A stretch of DNA of 64,000 nucleotides from Trichosphaerium sp. ATCC 40318 (taxonomy: Eukaryota; Protista; Tubulinea): positions 172,150 through 236,149 of the forward strand of contig JALMLS010000085.1 of the NCBI GenBank assembly GCA_038496445.1. Direction: 5' to 3'. A program made the translations under genes and the position numbers. The number at the start of each line of letters is the position of its first letter. Position 1 is the first letter of the stretch. Shown here in pieces: positions 1 through 12,250 of the stretch. A model generated the notes under the pieces. That model made no database searches and was not told the DNA's origin. It saw nothing but the letters and a program-made list of their open reading frames with translations.

Positions 1-205
1 ACAGTTTTGTGCTGGTTGTGCGCTCAGTAGCCGCGCTGGCTGTTCAGCCTTTTGTTTGCTTTCCAATAAAAAAAACCCATTTTGACTGTGTACTCTACAA
101 GCTATCCACTTGTGTATCTTTATGGAGTACTTCACGTGAGCAGAGCAGAAAATCACGTGTGGGCTACAACTGTATGACCTTTTAAAAGGTTTTAACGTTT
201 GAAAA

Positions 206-1323
206 ATATCCCATGGAGGGACACATTTTTTTTAGTGGGCGGACACAGTTTAGGTCCACGAATTGTACAATAAATGCACTCTTGACCATGATAGCAATAT
301 ATAGCACAACAGTACATATCCTCATGGTAAAAAAAACAGCAGAGGGTGAGCGATACATAAAAAATAAAACGTCTTTCCAAATAAGTAAAAATAGCATTAC
401 TATGAGCAAAAAGATATTTTAGACCTAAAAATTATCAGCAAGCACACCATATATCTATTCAAACAGTTTTGGCGGGGTTAGCATGTATAGGGGACAAAAG
501 GGGAAAAAATCCATGAACACTTTTTTCAAAACCATGCTTAACGTCCTTGCTGATTATGTGTAATACAGGAAAATAAAAAAACCAAGCAAGAGCATGCATT
601 GAAACAGAGTAATTAGCCCAAATTTCAAAAAAAAGTTGACTTTTTATGTGCTGTGTTTAGATGATTCAGAAAACCCTACCAAAAAAACAGTTTGTAAAAA
701 ACAAAATTGTTCTATATATAGTAATACCTCTTTAGCACCTATGACAAAGAAAAATACAGCTTTTGAAAGGCATGTCACGTCAGTATGTTTTATGAAATTT
801 AGTAGCAAAATACACTTTTCGCATGGATATAGCACCTCAGCAAACTTTTCCTTTCAGCTATCAATATTGTTTTACACAGCACATATATGTGTTTTTAGAT
901 ACTATAAACAGGCATTAGAAAAGGTTGTTTTGTAAGCTCATAATACTTGAAGTAAAAGTGCATTTTTGACGGTTTTTGGGTTTAGATTAGGCATGAACTT
1001 ACTGTTTTATTATTGCACTACACCTTGTATTTTTGTTTTAATCGATCTTAAATAGCAAATATAACGAGAAGGGGAGTATAAGAGCTTCATATAGTATGTG
1101 AAGCAGAGACGAAAATTACACCCCAAAATTTTTAAGTTGTTTTCCTATGTGCGTAATTGGCTACCCTTACTATGTTATGATTTACCACTGCACGGTGTTA
1201 AAGTATATAGTGTATACTTTCATATTATAGAGTTACACAATGACTTATCCATTTGATGTCAATTTATGAATGAAATATTTTTGTGTCCCTTCACCAAAAA
1301 ATCTGTGTTCCTCCTAGGGATAT
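206..1323. repeat. Degenerate ~1.1 kb inverted-repeat (foldback/non-autonomous TIR-like) element
   Basis: 206-247 matches the reverse complement of 1282-1323 at 33/42 nt without gaps. A second pair, TATGTGCTGTGT (645-656) / ACACAGCACATA (874-885), shares the same symmetry centre (~765). No convincing ORF inside. Confidence 0.6.
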
Positions 1324-1563
1324 AGCGTTATTTTAGGTCAAGTCCTTAGTTCCAGAACCCACAATACCTGGCCGGAAAATAAAAACGTTAGCGAAAAACT
1401 ATCAGTGAAAACAGCAGATTTTCAAGACTCGTTTTTGGCCTACAATACATATTGCGCTAAGGTTGAAGTAAAACTCAAAGTCTTATGTTACATTAAGCTA
1501 CCTTGACGTCAAGAATGGTCTTCAACGTCTATTTTACAAAAAACGAACCAGTGGCTAACCAAA

Positions 1564-4284
1564 ATGGCACAAGACGCTACATCTACGCTGTCAGCTATGT
1601 TTCCAGATGCTGACCCGACACTCTTGCAAAATTTGTACGAAATACATGATCGTGACATCGGAGCTACAATAGACGCTGTTTTGGCACAAAATACAAAGAA
1701 AGAAGTTACTGATACAACGTTTATGCTTGAAAACTTTTTGGTACGTTTTTTTTTTTTTCTTATTACAGCTTACAAACGCTTAAATTTAGGTCCTTACGCC
1801 AAAATCAATCCTAAGAAAACCTTTAAAAAACTCTGTTGGTAAGTTAACTTTGATATGAGCTTAAAACGATTAAAACTAACGTAAAACAAGACTCGCCAAC
1901 ATTTTCGGACGTAATCTTGGTTGCCCAAGATGGTGAAGTCCACGCTCATCGGGTAATCTAAAATAACCGTTTGAACCATCTAAAACATACTGTAGGTATT
2001 ATTAGATGCACGCAGTGAGTATTTTAGAGCAATGCTATCGAGTATACCTCAAACTAAAGGTAAAAATTAAAAATAGAGCAAAACGGCCTTCTAATGTATC
2101 CTAAAGGAGGTGACAAGCCTAGGCTTTCTCTGGATACCATGCCAAAAGCCTTATTACTCCTTGTTATGGAGTATCTCTACACAGACTTTGTCAGGTACCA
2201 ATTTTTTTGAAGGTTTTTTGGCTTTTTCTTATTGATTCGCCTATGTCTCACCCATGTCTCACCCTCATGTACTAGAATACCTCAGGAGTTAAAATATGAT
2301 TTATTAGTTGTATCTCAGAAGTTATGTATAAAGAGATTAGTCCAAATGTGTGAAGGGGTAAAGAAGCAGCTTTTTTTCTTTTTCGTTTTTTTCTGAATAA
2401 AATTCTGGCTTTCCTTCCTTATTTGTAAAACTTATTCTATGTTCTTACAGGGAAGAGTTATGCCGTCCACATACTCAGATGATTTAGTTAAAACATTAAA
2501 CAATCCAAAGAGATATCCAGGAGATATTATACTGATTGTAGAAGATAAAGAAATACATGCTCATCGTGTTGTTCTTACAGCAAGTGAGTTATATTTTTTT
2601 AACTTTATTTCTGAAAAAAATCTTACAAATTGCCTAGGCGAATACTTTAGAGCTATGTTCCTTGGTGGAATGATTGAAACATCACAAAAGACTATAGTTA
2701 TACCGGACACATCTTACTCTAGCTTCTTGGTTTATCTTGACGCATTGTATGGTAACGGTAGGATACTAAAGGGAAGAATAAGTCCAGATAACGCTTTGGG
2801 TAATACAAACAATTGTTTTTCTTGTTCTTAATGGTTCGCTTAGAGGTCTTTATTGTTGCCAATCGGTACATGTTCAATGCCTTGCAAGTGGGTTGTGAAG
2901 ACATTGTGAGAAGCGCTTTAGGTAAGGACGAATGTTGGGGTTTTTGCTGATAATATGCTAAAGATGTTGGCAATGTCTGTCAAATTTTAGAAATGACAAT
3001 GAATATGTCACCTACGCTTCAAACAAAGTGTAAACAATTCATTTTCAATAACTATAAGAAGTGTTCTCAGACTGTCGGATTTAAATCTATGGATCCTTCA
3101 TTACGTGAAGAGATTGCAAAACGTTTTGAAACAGAGAATGAAGGTAAAGATAGACTCTTTTTGATTTGTGATTTGTTTGTTTTAACAAAACGTAAAGGTG
3201 CTCTTTCCTCGTTTATGGCTATGTTCTCCAAATCCGATTATCAAGATATTGCATCAGCTATGAAAATGGAGATAAAGAGCTTTTTAACACAAAGGCTAAA
3301 CGAAGTAAAGGTAAGTGGTTCAACGAAACCCAATTTCTTATTTGATTTTTGAAACAAAAACTCAAAACATTGACCTGACTTGTACTCTAGATCGATGAAC
3401 AATCCGGAGAAACTGCATCTCCAGTTGGTAATATTAAATACACGATTAAGAATCTTGTCATCACACCTCCAGGTGCGCACTTACGCTTACTATACATTAC
3501 TTTTTTCTCAAAAAAATCAATAGCTGAAGGAGAGCTGGTTAATATGAAGAACATTGTTGTTGAGTTTGGTCAAACAGAGATAACCATTAAAATTGAAAAC
3601 TTGAATGTTTGTCTTAAAGAAATTGGGTTTAACTACGACAAGGAATCGTTTCCTAAAATGAAGGACGAAGTACGTCATGGCGTCGAAAAAAATTATTGAA
3701 CTAATGTTCACTTACAAAGGGGTCATTGGATGCTTTTCTTGAATCAATGTCAATGTCTATTACATTTAAAATAGCATCTGCTGGACTAGGTATACCTTCA
3801 TTATCATTAGGAGGTTTTGAAGTTTCTTTGGGTGCATGCAGGCTTGTATTCCAAGAATCTAGTGTACGTTTGATTTAACATGATTTTTTTTTTGATCGAC
3901 TTTTTGCCAAAGATTGAGATGCTGCTGTTGCAGAAATTTCCTGTAAAAGTGAACCTCATGTATTTCAATTATCATCTCTCTTTTTAAACGTTACTTTTAG
4001 CTCAATATATTTATCAGAAACGAGTTGTTTGGGGCTTAACAAATTGATTGGGTTTTTTTAGGTTTCTTGGTTATACAATTTATTCTCAACGCTTTTTTCT
4101 GGTCAAATTAGAGTTGCTATTGAAACACAGTTACTTGCATCTCTAAGAGATAACCTAGAAGGTAAATTTAAAAACAAACTTATTTTGTTGTTCTCTTTGT
4201 GAGGCTATAAAAAGGCTAACTTCTTTAGGTTTAACTCAGAATATAAATCAACTAGCATACGAGTTAGCAACAGGCAATATGTGA
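1564..4284 (+). CDS. CUE domain + tandem BTB/POZ (BACK-like) domain protein, multi-exon
   Basis: N-terminal LSAMFPDADPTLLQNL..IDAVL (CUE). Spliced exons give FSDVILVAQDGEVHAHR|VLLDARSEYFRAML and GDIILIVEDKEIHAHRVVLTA..EYFRAMFLGGMIET (two BTBs). 3' exon structure is approximate. Confidence 0.8.
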
Positions 4285-4618
4285 TGTACTTTTATGAAAA
4301 AATAAACCAAAAAAAAACAACTTTTTTGCTTTACACGAACATTTCCATTACTGACTACACTTCATTTTGTAAATGACCAGCGTAAACCTCATTTTCTAAT
4401 ACGATTGGAGTTTCTAAGTCAGAACATGGAGCTAAAAACGTGGGTAATGATGGGCGAGTTAAAGCGAGAGGCTAATGCATGCTGGGGTGATTTTAATAAT
4501 TCATGTTGTGTAAATCTTTTTATTGTTCATTGAATGCGCTAAAAACCGTTTCTCTTCTGTTTAATATGACAGCTCCTGCGACCGCGTTGTGGCGATTGTC
4601 TCCTTTATCCAGCAGCAA

Positions 4619-4690
4619 GCCTTCGTAGCTCAATGGCAGAGCAGTGGTTTACGAAACCAAAGGTTGTAGGTTCGACCCCTACCTGAGGCT
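4619..4690 (+). tRNA. tRNA-Arg, anticodon ACG
   Basis: Cloverleaf: GCCTTCG/CTGAGGC acceptor (one mismatch), D arm GCTC-AATGGCA-GAGC, anticodon loop TTACGAA, T arm GTAGG-TTCGACC-CCTAC. Oligo-T Pol III terminator follows. Confidence 0.92.
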
Positions 4691-4704
4691 ACCTTCTTTT
4701 TTTG

Positions 4705-5100
4705 ACCTCATTTGTGTTTGGATCACACTTTTCTTTGACAACCAGTATTCATCCAAATTTACTAACCCTGGAGCAAACTTGCGTGCCAACTGAACCTCTC
4801 GTTCACCGCCCACGACCCTATTAGACCAAATAAAGTTAAAACATATACTTGATGGACGTTTTCAAAAACTGTTACTTTTGAATCTCAAACTTTGCTTCTC
4901 TATAAAAGTAAGCTGTATCACCAGGAGCTCTAGTGATTTCTCCACCTAGTTAATCCATTTAGTATCGACTACCAATTGCTTACTAATGTAGCCAAGTGAA
5001 TAGTCAAATAAATCCCGCTTGATGTATCTTGTGTAGTCAATCGCTTGTCTTGACTTTGGATGTAGAGTTGCAATTCTTGTATGTTGAACAGTGATTTGTT
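4705..5100 (-). pseudogene. Fragment of a berberine-bridge-enzyme-like FAD oxidoreductase (C-terminal BBE region)
   Basis: Minus-strand pieces LFDYSL|GGEITRAPGDTAYFYREAKFEIQ ... LVNLDEY and, in another frame, VKEKCDPN resemble the BBE motifs GGAI..V....TAF.HR and K.KYDP.N. No FAD-binding N-terminus seen. Confidence 0.5.
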
Positions 5101-5149
5101 GTAGCAAGTTAAGGAGTACTACAAAAATACATAACAAGTCTTGCTATCT

Positions 5150-5983
5150 TATGACAGCAAGGCGTTTATTTTCCACTCCACAGGGAAGACACTATCCAGT
5201 ACTAACACCTAGTCACACTGGCCTCCTTCTATTCACAGTAGCTTTATCAGCCTACACCAAATCTTATAAGTTTTAATGTATCAATACACTTTGCTGGAGA
5301 GTATAGTACATTTGTACAATCTGTTATTTCTTTGCTTCAAAATATACTGTGTCTTAAGTGATAGTTTTTGTTTGCTTGACAAGTCGTACAAGAATCTTTA
5401 CACCTTCACAATTCCAACTATCCCCACAGCCATTACATAACTCATAACATCCGTCTGTGCAATCGTAACATAATGAAGGAGCTTCATGATATTCACTGTG
5501 GCATGAATAACAAGTTGTTACACATTGACGACAACATTTTTTTTTACAATAAAAACAAGTATTTGATATCTCAAGCCATTCTGTCACTGGAACTTTATCT
5601 AATTTGAAGCATTTCTCACACATTCTACCACCACAACTATGACAACCTAAAAATAGCTTAAGATCCTCATAACATTCTGCACAGTGTTTCCCGGAATTAA
5701 CCAAAGCAATTAAGCCATCACACTCCTTAAATAGAAAAAAGTTGTTGGTCAAGAGTATCATTTGGTTGAAGGTAAACGAAGCTTTACTTACCTTTGTTAG
5801 TGCGCTTACAGTATGTGAAACTAATAGCAATGCTTTGTACTCTTTTTCGTTGTCCACAGGAATGTACGAGATGATTTTTAATAGGATTTCGTTAGGTAGG
5901 TCGTATTTTATATCCTCATTAGCAATAGAAGTGCTTTTTGATATTTTACTGCTTTTTATGCTTGTAGATTGCAAACTTTCCAT
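5150..5983 (-). CDS. F-box protein with Cys-rich (CxxC repeat) C-terminal region
   Basis: DLPNEILLKIISYI F-box start followed by many CxxC pairs (CAEC, CHSC, CEKC, CFYC, CRQC, CYSC, CNGC). 3' end uncertain. Confidence 0.7.
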
Positions 5984-6290
5984 TCTTTGTTACCGAGTAG
6001 AAGGTACTATTAAGCGTGGTTCCTCTCGAGTGTTATTTTGTATTAAATACATCACTTAAAACAATTAAGGGACGCAATAATGTTCGGGAATAATCCGGAA
6101 CTTTTCTGAAAATCCTGAACACTATGCTTCACACTCAAAAAACCAAACAACCCACATAAAAGAGTCTCAACCAGCATAACTTTAATCACTCATGACGTTT
6201 TTCAAAGTCCCTTCATTAGTTTCGTTGCAAATTCAGTGCACGTGTTAGGTTTTAAGATATCTGTTTATTTAGGTTAGAAGAACGGTTGCA

Positions 6291-6326
6291 ATCTCATGAA
6301 TGATCTCATGAACTATCTCATGAAGT
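6291..6326 (+). repeat. 12-nt tandem repeat (ATCTCATGAAnn) x3
   Basis: ATCTCATGAATG ATCTCATGAACT ATCTCATGAAGT. Confidence 0.75.
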
Positions 6327-6561
6327 TGAGAATGAACTCTGAACGTGTATGTGTACGATCTTCAATGCGAATGAGGTCTTATCTCCAAATAGCGACAGAG
6401 TTGGGTTTGAATTCCACTTTGCGAACAATGAATAATTATTGTGCGAATCCTGAACGTAGAAGTAGTTGGTATACAGGTATTACTTTGAATTGGTAGAGTT
6501 TTGGCTGACAACATTAAACTAATGCAAGATGTGGCGTCTTTGTGAAAGCGAACACTTTTCC

Positions 6562-8431
6562 TTAAGTTTTGTTTTTTTTATTTTTCTTCAGCATAGCTTT
6601 TATATGGTTATCAATCTCTAGGATTGTAGCTAAACCTTTACCCATGATAGGAAGCAACTTTTCACCATCATCAGGAAGAGGAAAATCAAGATTAACACGA
6701 ATCAACTTTGCTTGGTCACCCCATTTGTCAAGTAATTTTGAGGAATGCCGACGTAGTGTAGGTACCTAAACATAGCACAAAAACAATCAACTTTATGTAT
6801 TCATAACAGAAAAAACCAAAAAACAAAACGCACTCTGTCACCACATCCAATTTCAAGAATAACAATTTTAGCTCCTTTGTTGACTGCTGCTGTGGCTTTC
6901 TAGTTGCGTTACGTGTTAGTTATGTATAGAAATAAGGGCATCATTAATTTTAAACAAAACACTCACTGCATCCCAACCGTTGTATTGTGTTGCTCCATAA
7001 ACATCTTTTATCCAAAACGCATCGCTGAACATAAGAATTCTAAGAATATTTTAAGAAAAAACAAGCCGTAGACGTTTTTTGCGGTAGACATACGATGGTC
7101 TTGCGGCTTTCCCACAATGCTTGCACCTAGTAGTGTTAAATGATTGATTTTGCATAAATGTAAAGGACAGAGAGTCCAAGAATTATGTACGTTGGTTGAT
7201 TATTCCTAAACCCTTTCTTCTTTGATTCTACGGGAAAGTTATTTGCATGCATTGTCTTCTTGTCAATCTACAAAAGCACATTTAATAATCTACTAGAATT
7301 ATACTTGATGCTCTTAAAAGCGTCTTAATACGTCAGAGTACGCAAACTGTACCTTAAATTCAAAGTCCTTTGGAGCACGCCATAGTTTTTGAGTACATTT
7401 ATAGGCACACTGCCATGTCTCTGTATTACTGTTTTCATCAGCAGTTTATATTTAAAACGCAAGGCGTATCAAAAATACTAACCCATGTATCTGATTGACT
7501 TCATATGGTTTGAATAAACCTGGTTTAAGTGTATGCGCATCAACATTGCTTGTGTAAACGAAAAAAGGTCCTTAAAAAAAAGTTACGAAAAAAATGAGAA
7601 AATAGTCAAACGACTTTGATAACACGTGCTGGCTACATTATTACCTGGTACTTTCTGTAATGTTTTACTAGATACAGTTACTTTTCCTTCAAGCTTTAAC
7701 TTTTCCATTCCTTCAATTAGACCCTATTTGAGAGTAAGTTTTTTGTTACCTCTACGCTGTGAAAAAAATATACAAGGTTTTACTTACTTCTGTTTCTTCT
7801 TTCTCCCAATAGTCATTTTGTGAGAATAATTCATCTCTCCATCTCTTGATAATAAAATATCCTTTATGGGGAGTTGTGGCTCTATAATCATTAAAGCACT
7901 TACCCCAGAATCCGTAGAACAAACCAGGTTCTTGTTCCAGCTAAAAAAATACAAGTTAATCATTTTCACTCTATCGGATAAACAAGCCACACAATCATAC
8001 CCAAAGTGGCTGACATATATCGACATACTCCAATTCTCTGTCTTTGTATGCTTTTATGTCGGCAACATCATTGTACTACGTCATACGTTACAAAAATACT
8101 GTTTTGGGTTGTTTGTGTTTAGTTACCACTGCTAAGCCGCTATCTGCTGAGAAACCTGCGCCACATGACAAAAGAACTACAAAACAGGTTAAAAAAACTG
8201 CTATTAATGGCTACGAGCTTGCAAAGGGTTCTAGAATGAATAAAACCAGTCAATGAAGAGACTTAGTCGCTAGATAGAGCTAATCCAACTCCGAAACCCT
8301 TAGGTAGATGAAGTACGCGTACATATATCGGCTGCAAGTATTATTTTGGCTGCTTCTTTACAAAACGGCTTAAAATTCTTCTGTAACTTTTTAGCATCCT
8401 TTGGTGACGGCCTTGTGGGTTTATTTCCCAT
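6562..8431 (-). CDS. Sirtuin (Sir2-family NAD-dependent deacylase), predicted N-myristoylated, multi-exon
   Basis: Spliced: MGNKPT...AAKIILAADI|FLLSCGAGFSADSGLAV, PGLFYGFWG..YRATTPHKGY, NVDAH, CKHCGKAARP, ILMFSD, ILEIGCGDR|VPTLR, LIRVNLD. Confidence 0.88.
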
Positions 8432-8754
8432 GTGAAGACAAATTTATGTTTTGTTTACAGGCGTTAAGCCTGAAACTGCCATATTCAATGAATTACAGTT
8501 GTATTCGCGAATTTGCTGTTGTGTTATGTGTGGCACTGACACAATATCAATAAAGTAATTTTAGTATAGAACTTTTCAAATGTACGCCGACAGGACAGAA
8601 AAAACCACTTTATAGCTTTGGATTTTCTCCAACCAAATTTTTCTTTTTTTTTGGTTTTTTTTTTTTACATATTGTACGGATGCGGCAATACAGGACCGTA
8701 CTGACCAGCAAAATGCTAGCAATACAATTAAACACATACACACATATTATCCAA

Positions 8755-11700
8755 TCAATACATCCCGTTAGGATACATTGGATAATTTGGTGCACCGTGA
8801 GGAGGGCGATAAAATTGTTTGCCGTGAGCAGGATAAGGAGCGTATCCCATGTGATGTGCCTATTTTTAAATGAGTACAATCAATGCACATAAACTTCAAC
8901 AGAAGTTGGGCCAAAATTTAGTCATAGATAACAATACAAACACTGTAAAGCGTTTGCTTTGTCAATAAAAAAAAGTTCATTCGAATTTTTTCTAAATTTC
9001 AAAAAGCTCGTGTTGTTGTTATTGTTACAACCCTTCGAATTTGAAAAAAGAATGCTGGTAATAAAAACTATAACGTACAGGTGGTCCACGAGCGTTTTGT
9101 AGCCGTGGTGGCATACCAGGCTGGCCCATGTTAGGGTTATGATCCATATTTGGCATATGACCCATTGGCATACGTGCTGAGGCGTCCATGGCCATACGTG
9201 GTTCCATAGGCATCTGTGGTTGCATGCCATATGGTGGAGGTCCTCCTTGGACATACATACCTAAAGTCGTGACGGTTAGAACTTTCTCCAAACGAGAATT
9301 TTCTTTAGAGTTAAAAACATACCTTCCATGTACACTGGAGCGTTTCCTCCATAACCATTTACAGGGAAAGCAGGCATTGGATTCATCTGGTTAGGCCTTT
9401 GCTCTGCACGTTCTAAAGCCTTGATTTCCACAACCTCTTTGTAAGACTCGCGGTTTCCTGACCACCTAAAACAATTAGTGAGGATCTTTTTGGGTTATAA
9501 ATATTACTCACTCTGTAGGGAAATCCTTACTATTTGGCGTTTTAGCGCTCTGTTGTCGTTTTTGAGCACCCTTACATATGAGTGTTGATACAGCATCTAT
9601 ACTTGCTTCACAATCGAAAAAGTGATTGTATAGAGCCTTTGCTTTGGCTGCCTTAGGCTGTGGACGTGGAGCTGTGAAGGAGAATCCCTAAAAAAAGAAT
9701 ATCAACAAAAAAATTTCTCAGCACGAAAACAACGAACCTGTCCAGGTGTGAACTCCATAGCGTTGGGATTCAACTTCTTTAGTGTCAATGCCTTCTTGGA
9801 AACCTTAGCGGCTGGTGCAGCCTTCTTCTGAGCATGTCGTGAAGAGCCATTCTGCTTCTTTCCGCCAGTGTTCCTCGATGGCTTTTGTGTTCTTTTCGGT
9901 GACGATGTAGGAGATCTCTTTTCTAGGTTCTGTTGGAATTCCTTAAGCTTTTGGATATCTCCTTGCCGATCAACAGGTTGATCCAGTTTGAAGCATAAAA
10001 AATCTTCAACCACTGCGCCTACAGCGTAAAAACTTGAGTGAAAAAATTTTTGTTTTTTTCTCCCTTTTGTTTTCAGTTTTCAGTTTTTTTCGGTTTTTTT
10101 TTTGTAAACTTGGCGTTTTTAGAGCTTGTCTGTTTTTTAAAAATTGGTTTTGAGGGGTTTTGTTTGGTTGTGTTGTGATGGGGTTTTAGGGTTTTTGATA
10201 AAATAAAATTTTGCAGTAGGCGCCGGTGGATAAATTTTGAAAACATAGGATAAATAGTCTGAACATGCACAATACGCAAGGGTGTTGAACACATCAATAC
10301 GTTTTGTTTGTACAGAGGTTCAGAGGCTACGTACGCGTAGGTATCTTTGACGCTGGATCCAAGTTGAGGTTACGGACTTGAGGAGACAACAAAGGAGAGG
10401 CAGGAGAAGGCGAGTTCCTCTACAATCATAAAATTAGCGTCAATTCTCATAACGTCAAAAAAAAGATCACTCCTTTATCTGTAAAAGTAAACTTACAGCA
10501 TCCTTTCCACCTCTATCGTTTGATTTTCGCCACGGCGCATTAGTACCTATAAATTTAAGTTAAAAAAATAATGTTCAAAAAAAAAGTGTCAAAACGTACG
10601 ATCGTCACGTAAAACGGCTCCATAGCGATCTTCCTCGTCCATGTAGTCATCCTCGATTTTTTGACCACGTTCTTCAGCCATGTGAGGGTTAGTAGCGACA
10701 GTCTAGACATCGTTAGTAAAAAAAAACCTGAAATGTATAAATTTTCAAAAACGACGAAAAAATCCGCAAATGCTCTCCAATAAAAACAAAGTTGGGTTTT
10801 CTGCACTGTGGGTTTTTTGGTCATAACATCACGTGTCAACAACGCCATTTTCAAATTATGGAAAATAAATTAAAAATAACATACGCCCTGGATTTTAGCA
10901 GCCATCCTAGAAGCATAAGCTGCTCTGGCTTCATAGTTCTCAGAACGTCTATCAATAGGTGTAGTGTATTCGTTTTCATCAAACGTTGATTGGACGCCAA
11001 ATAGCTTCCTATTCGTTTCAAACTGATCCCACCCTTTACCATAGTCCTCATTTCTTGCGTGCAGTTATGGAAAATAAAATAGAGATACAATTAGAGGCAA
11101 AAGAAAGTCAGCAAAAAATAAATAAAACAGGGCCGTTTTGCTTCTTGATTTGGCTTTCTTCAAAAAGTAGAAGTAGGGGATACTGTTCCAAGGACATGTT
11201 GGTATCATCGCCACCATCCCAAGCTTGTAGCTCTCGCTCACGAGATTTATTTGAAGATATCTGTGTATCTGTTTTAAATCCGCTACGAGTAACGTTAGTG
11301 GATGCACACGACAAACTGTCGATTTCCTTTTCGTAAAAAAGGTAAACAAGAATTGCTGAAAATCGTTATTTCTGTTTTTCGTGAACGTGCAGTATCTATA
11401 ATCGCGTAAAACGATCGTAAGAGTATCTCACGGCGTGTTAGACGTATATAGCGTAGAGTACTGCTAAAATTAATCGGTTGTAAAAAAGGTACAACGAAAA
11501 ACGCAATTGTGAAGCTGTGATTGATTAGGAAGTAAATTTAGGCGTACAATAAGCCGAAAAGCGATTGTAAAAGATAATTTTGTGGTATGTAAATTAGTAG
11601 TCCCGAATATTTACCTTTCGCGATTAGATGAGCCAAGAGGATGGTTGGTTTCAAGAGTTACAAAGTCGTCGTCTGAAATAAAGAGAATTTTTTCAGGTGG

Positions 11701-12148
11701 CGTAGACGTGTCCCCCTTTAGGTGTGCATCCCTTGAGTAATGTAAGAAGCGCTTTATACAATGTAATAATATGTGACGCAAGCTTCTCGTTTTGATCGTT
11801 TTGTCAATGTACTGTACCTAAGAGATATACCCAAGCCTCCGTTTTTGGGTTTACAACTGTTAAAGATGCCTTCCCACTCTTTGCCCCCTTTGACCCTCAC
11901 TACTACAGGAGCGCCCTACATATATTGTTTATATACAAATTACGCAGCCAATGGAGGCCTATACTAACCACGAGGTTCATCGCGACGGGAAGCAGCCCAT
12001 CCAAGTCCATCTTCTCTTTACCGCCAGTGTTATCACTCTTGCGGCCTTTGGACCTTTTCTCATGTAAGCACAAATACGAATTAATGTCGTGTAACCTTGT
12101 GGGTTTAGAGGACCGTCTGCCACCTCGCGTTCTCCACTCCTTGCTCAT
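8755..12148 (-). CDS. ATXN2: Ataxin-2/Pbp1-like protein (Lsm, LsmAD, PAM2, Pro/Met/Gln-rich tail)
   Basis: FKTDTQIS..RERELQAW, GWDQFETNRKLFGVQSTFDENEYTTPIDR (LsmAD) and KKLNPNAMEFTPG (PAM2). Confidence 0.9.
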
Positions 12149-12250
12149 ACGAGGTAGCTGAAACTAATGACAGCTTTTTCAACGGCGTTCACTCATTTTT
12201 TTTTTTTGAGTACAAGATTTTTGTAGAGGTAACATATTAACTCTCCAGTG

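Noticed and set aside
4375-4610. Possible U3/U4-like ncRNA upstream of the tRNA (ATGACC start on +; ATCGTA..AATGAGGTTTA on -)
   Set aside because: No complete U3 boxes, no U6-complementary stems and no Sm site; short matches only.
4761-4770. CTAACCCT telomerase-template-like motif
   Set aside because: Single short match inside a protein-coding-like fragment on the opposite strand.
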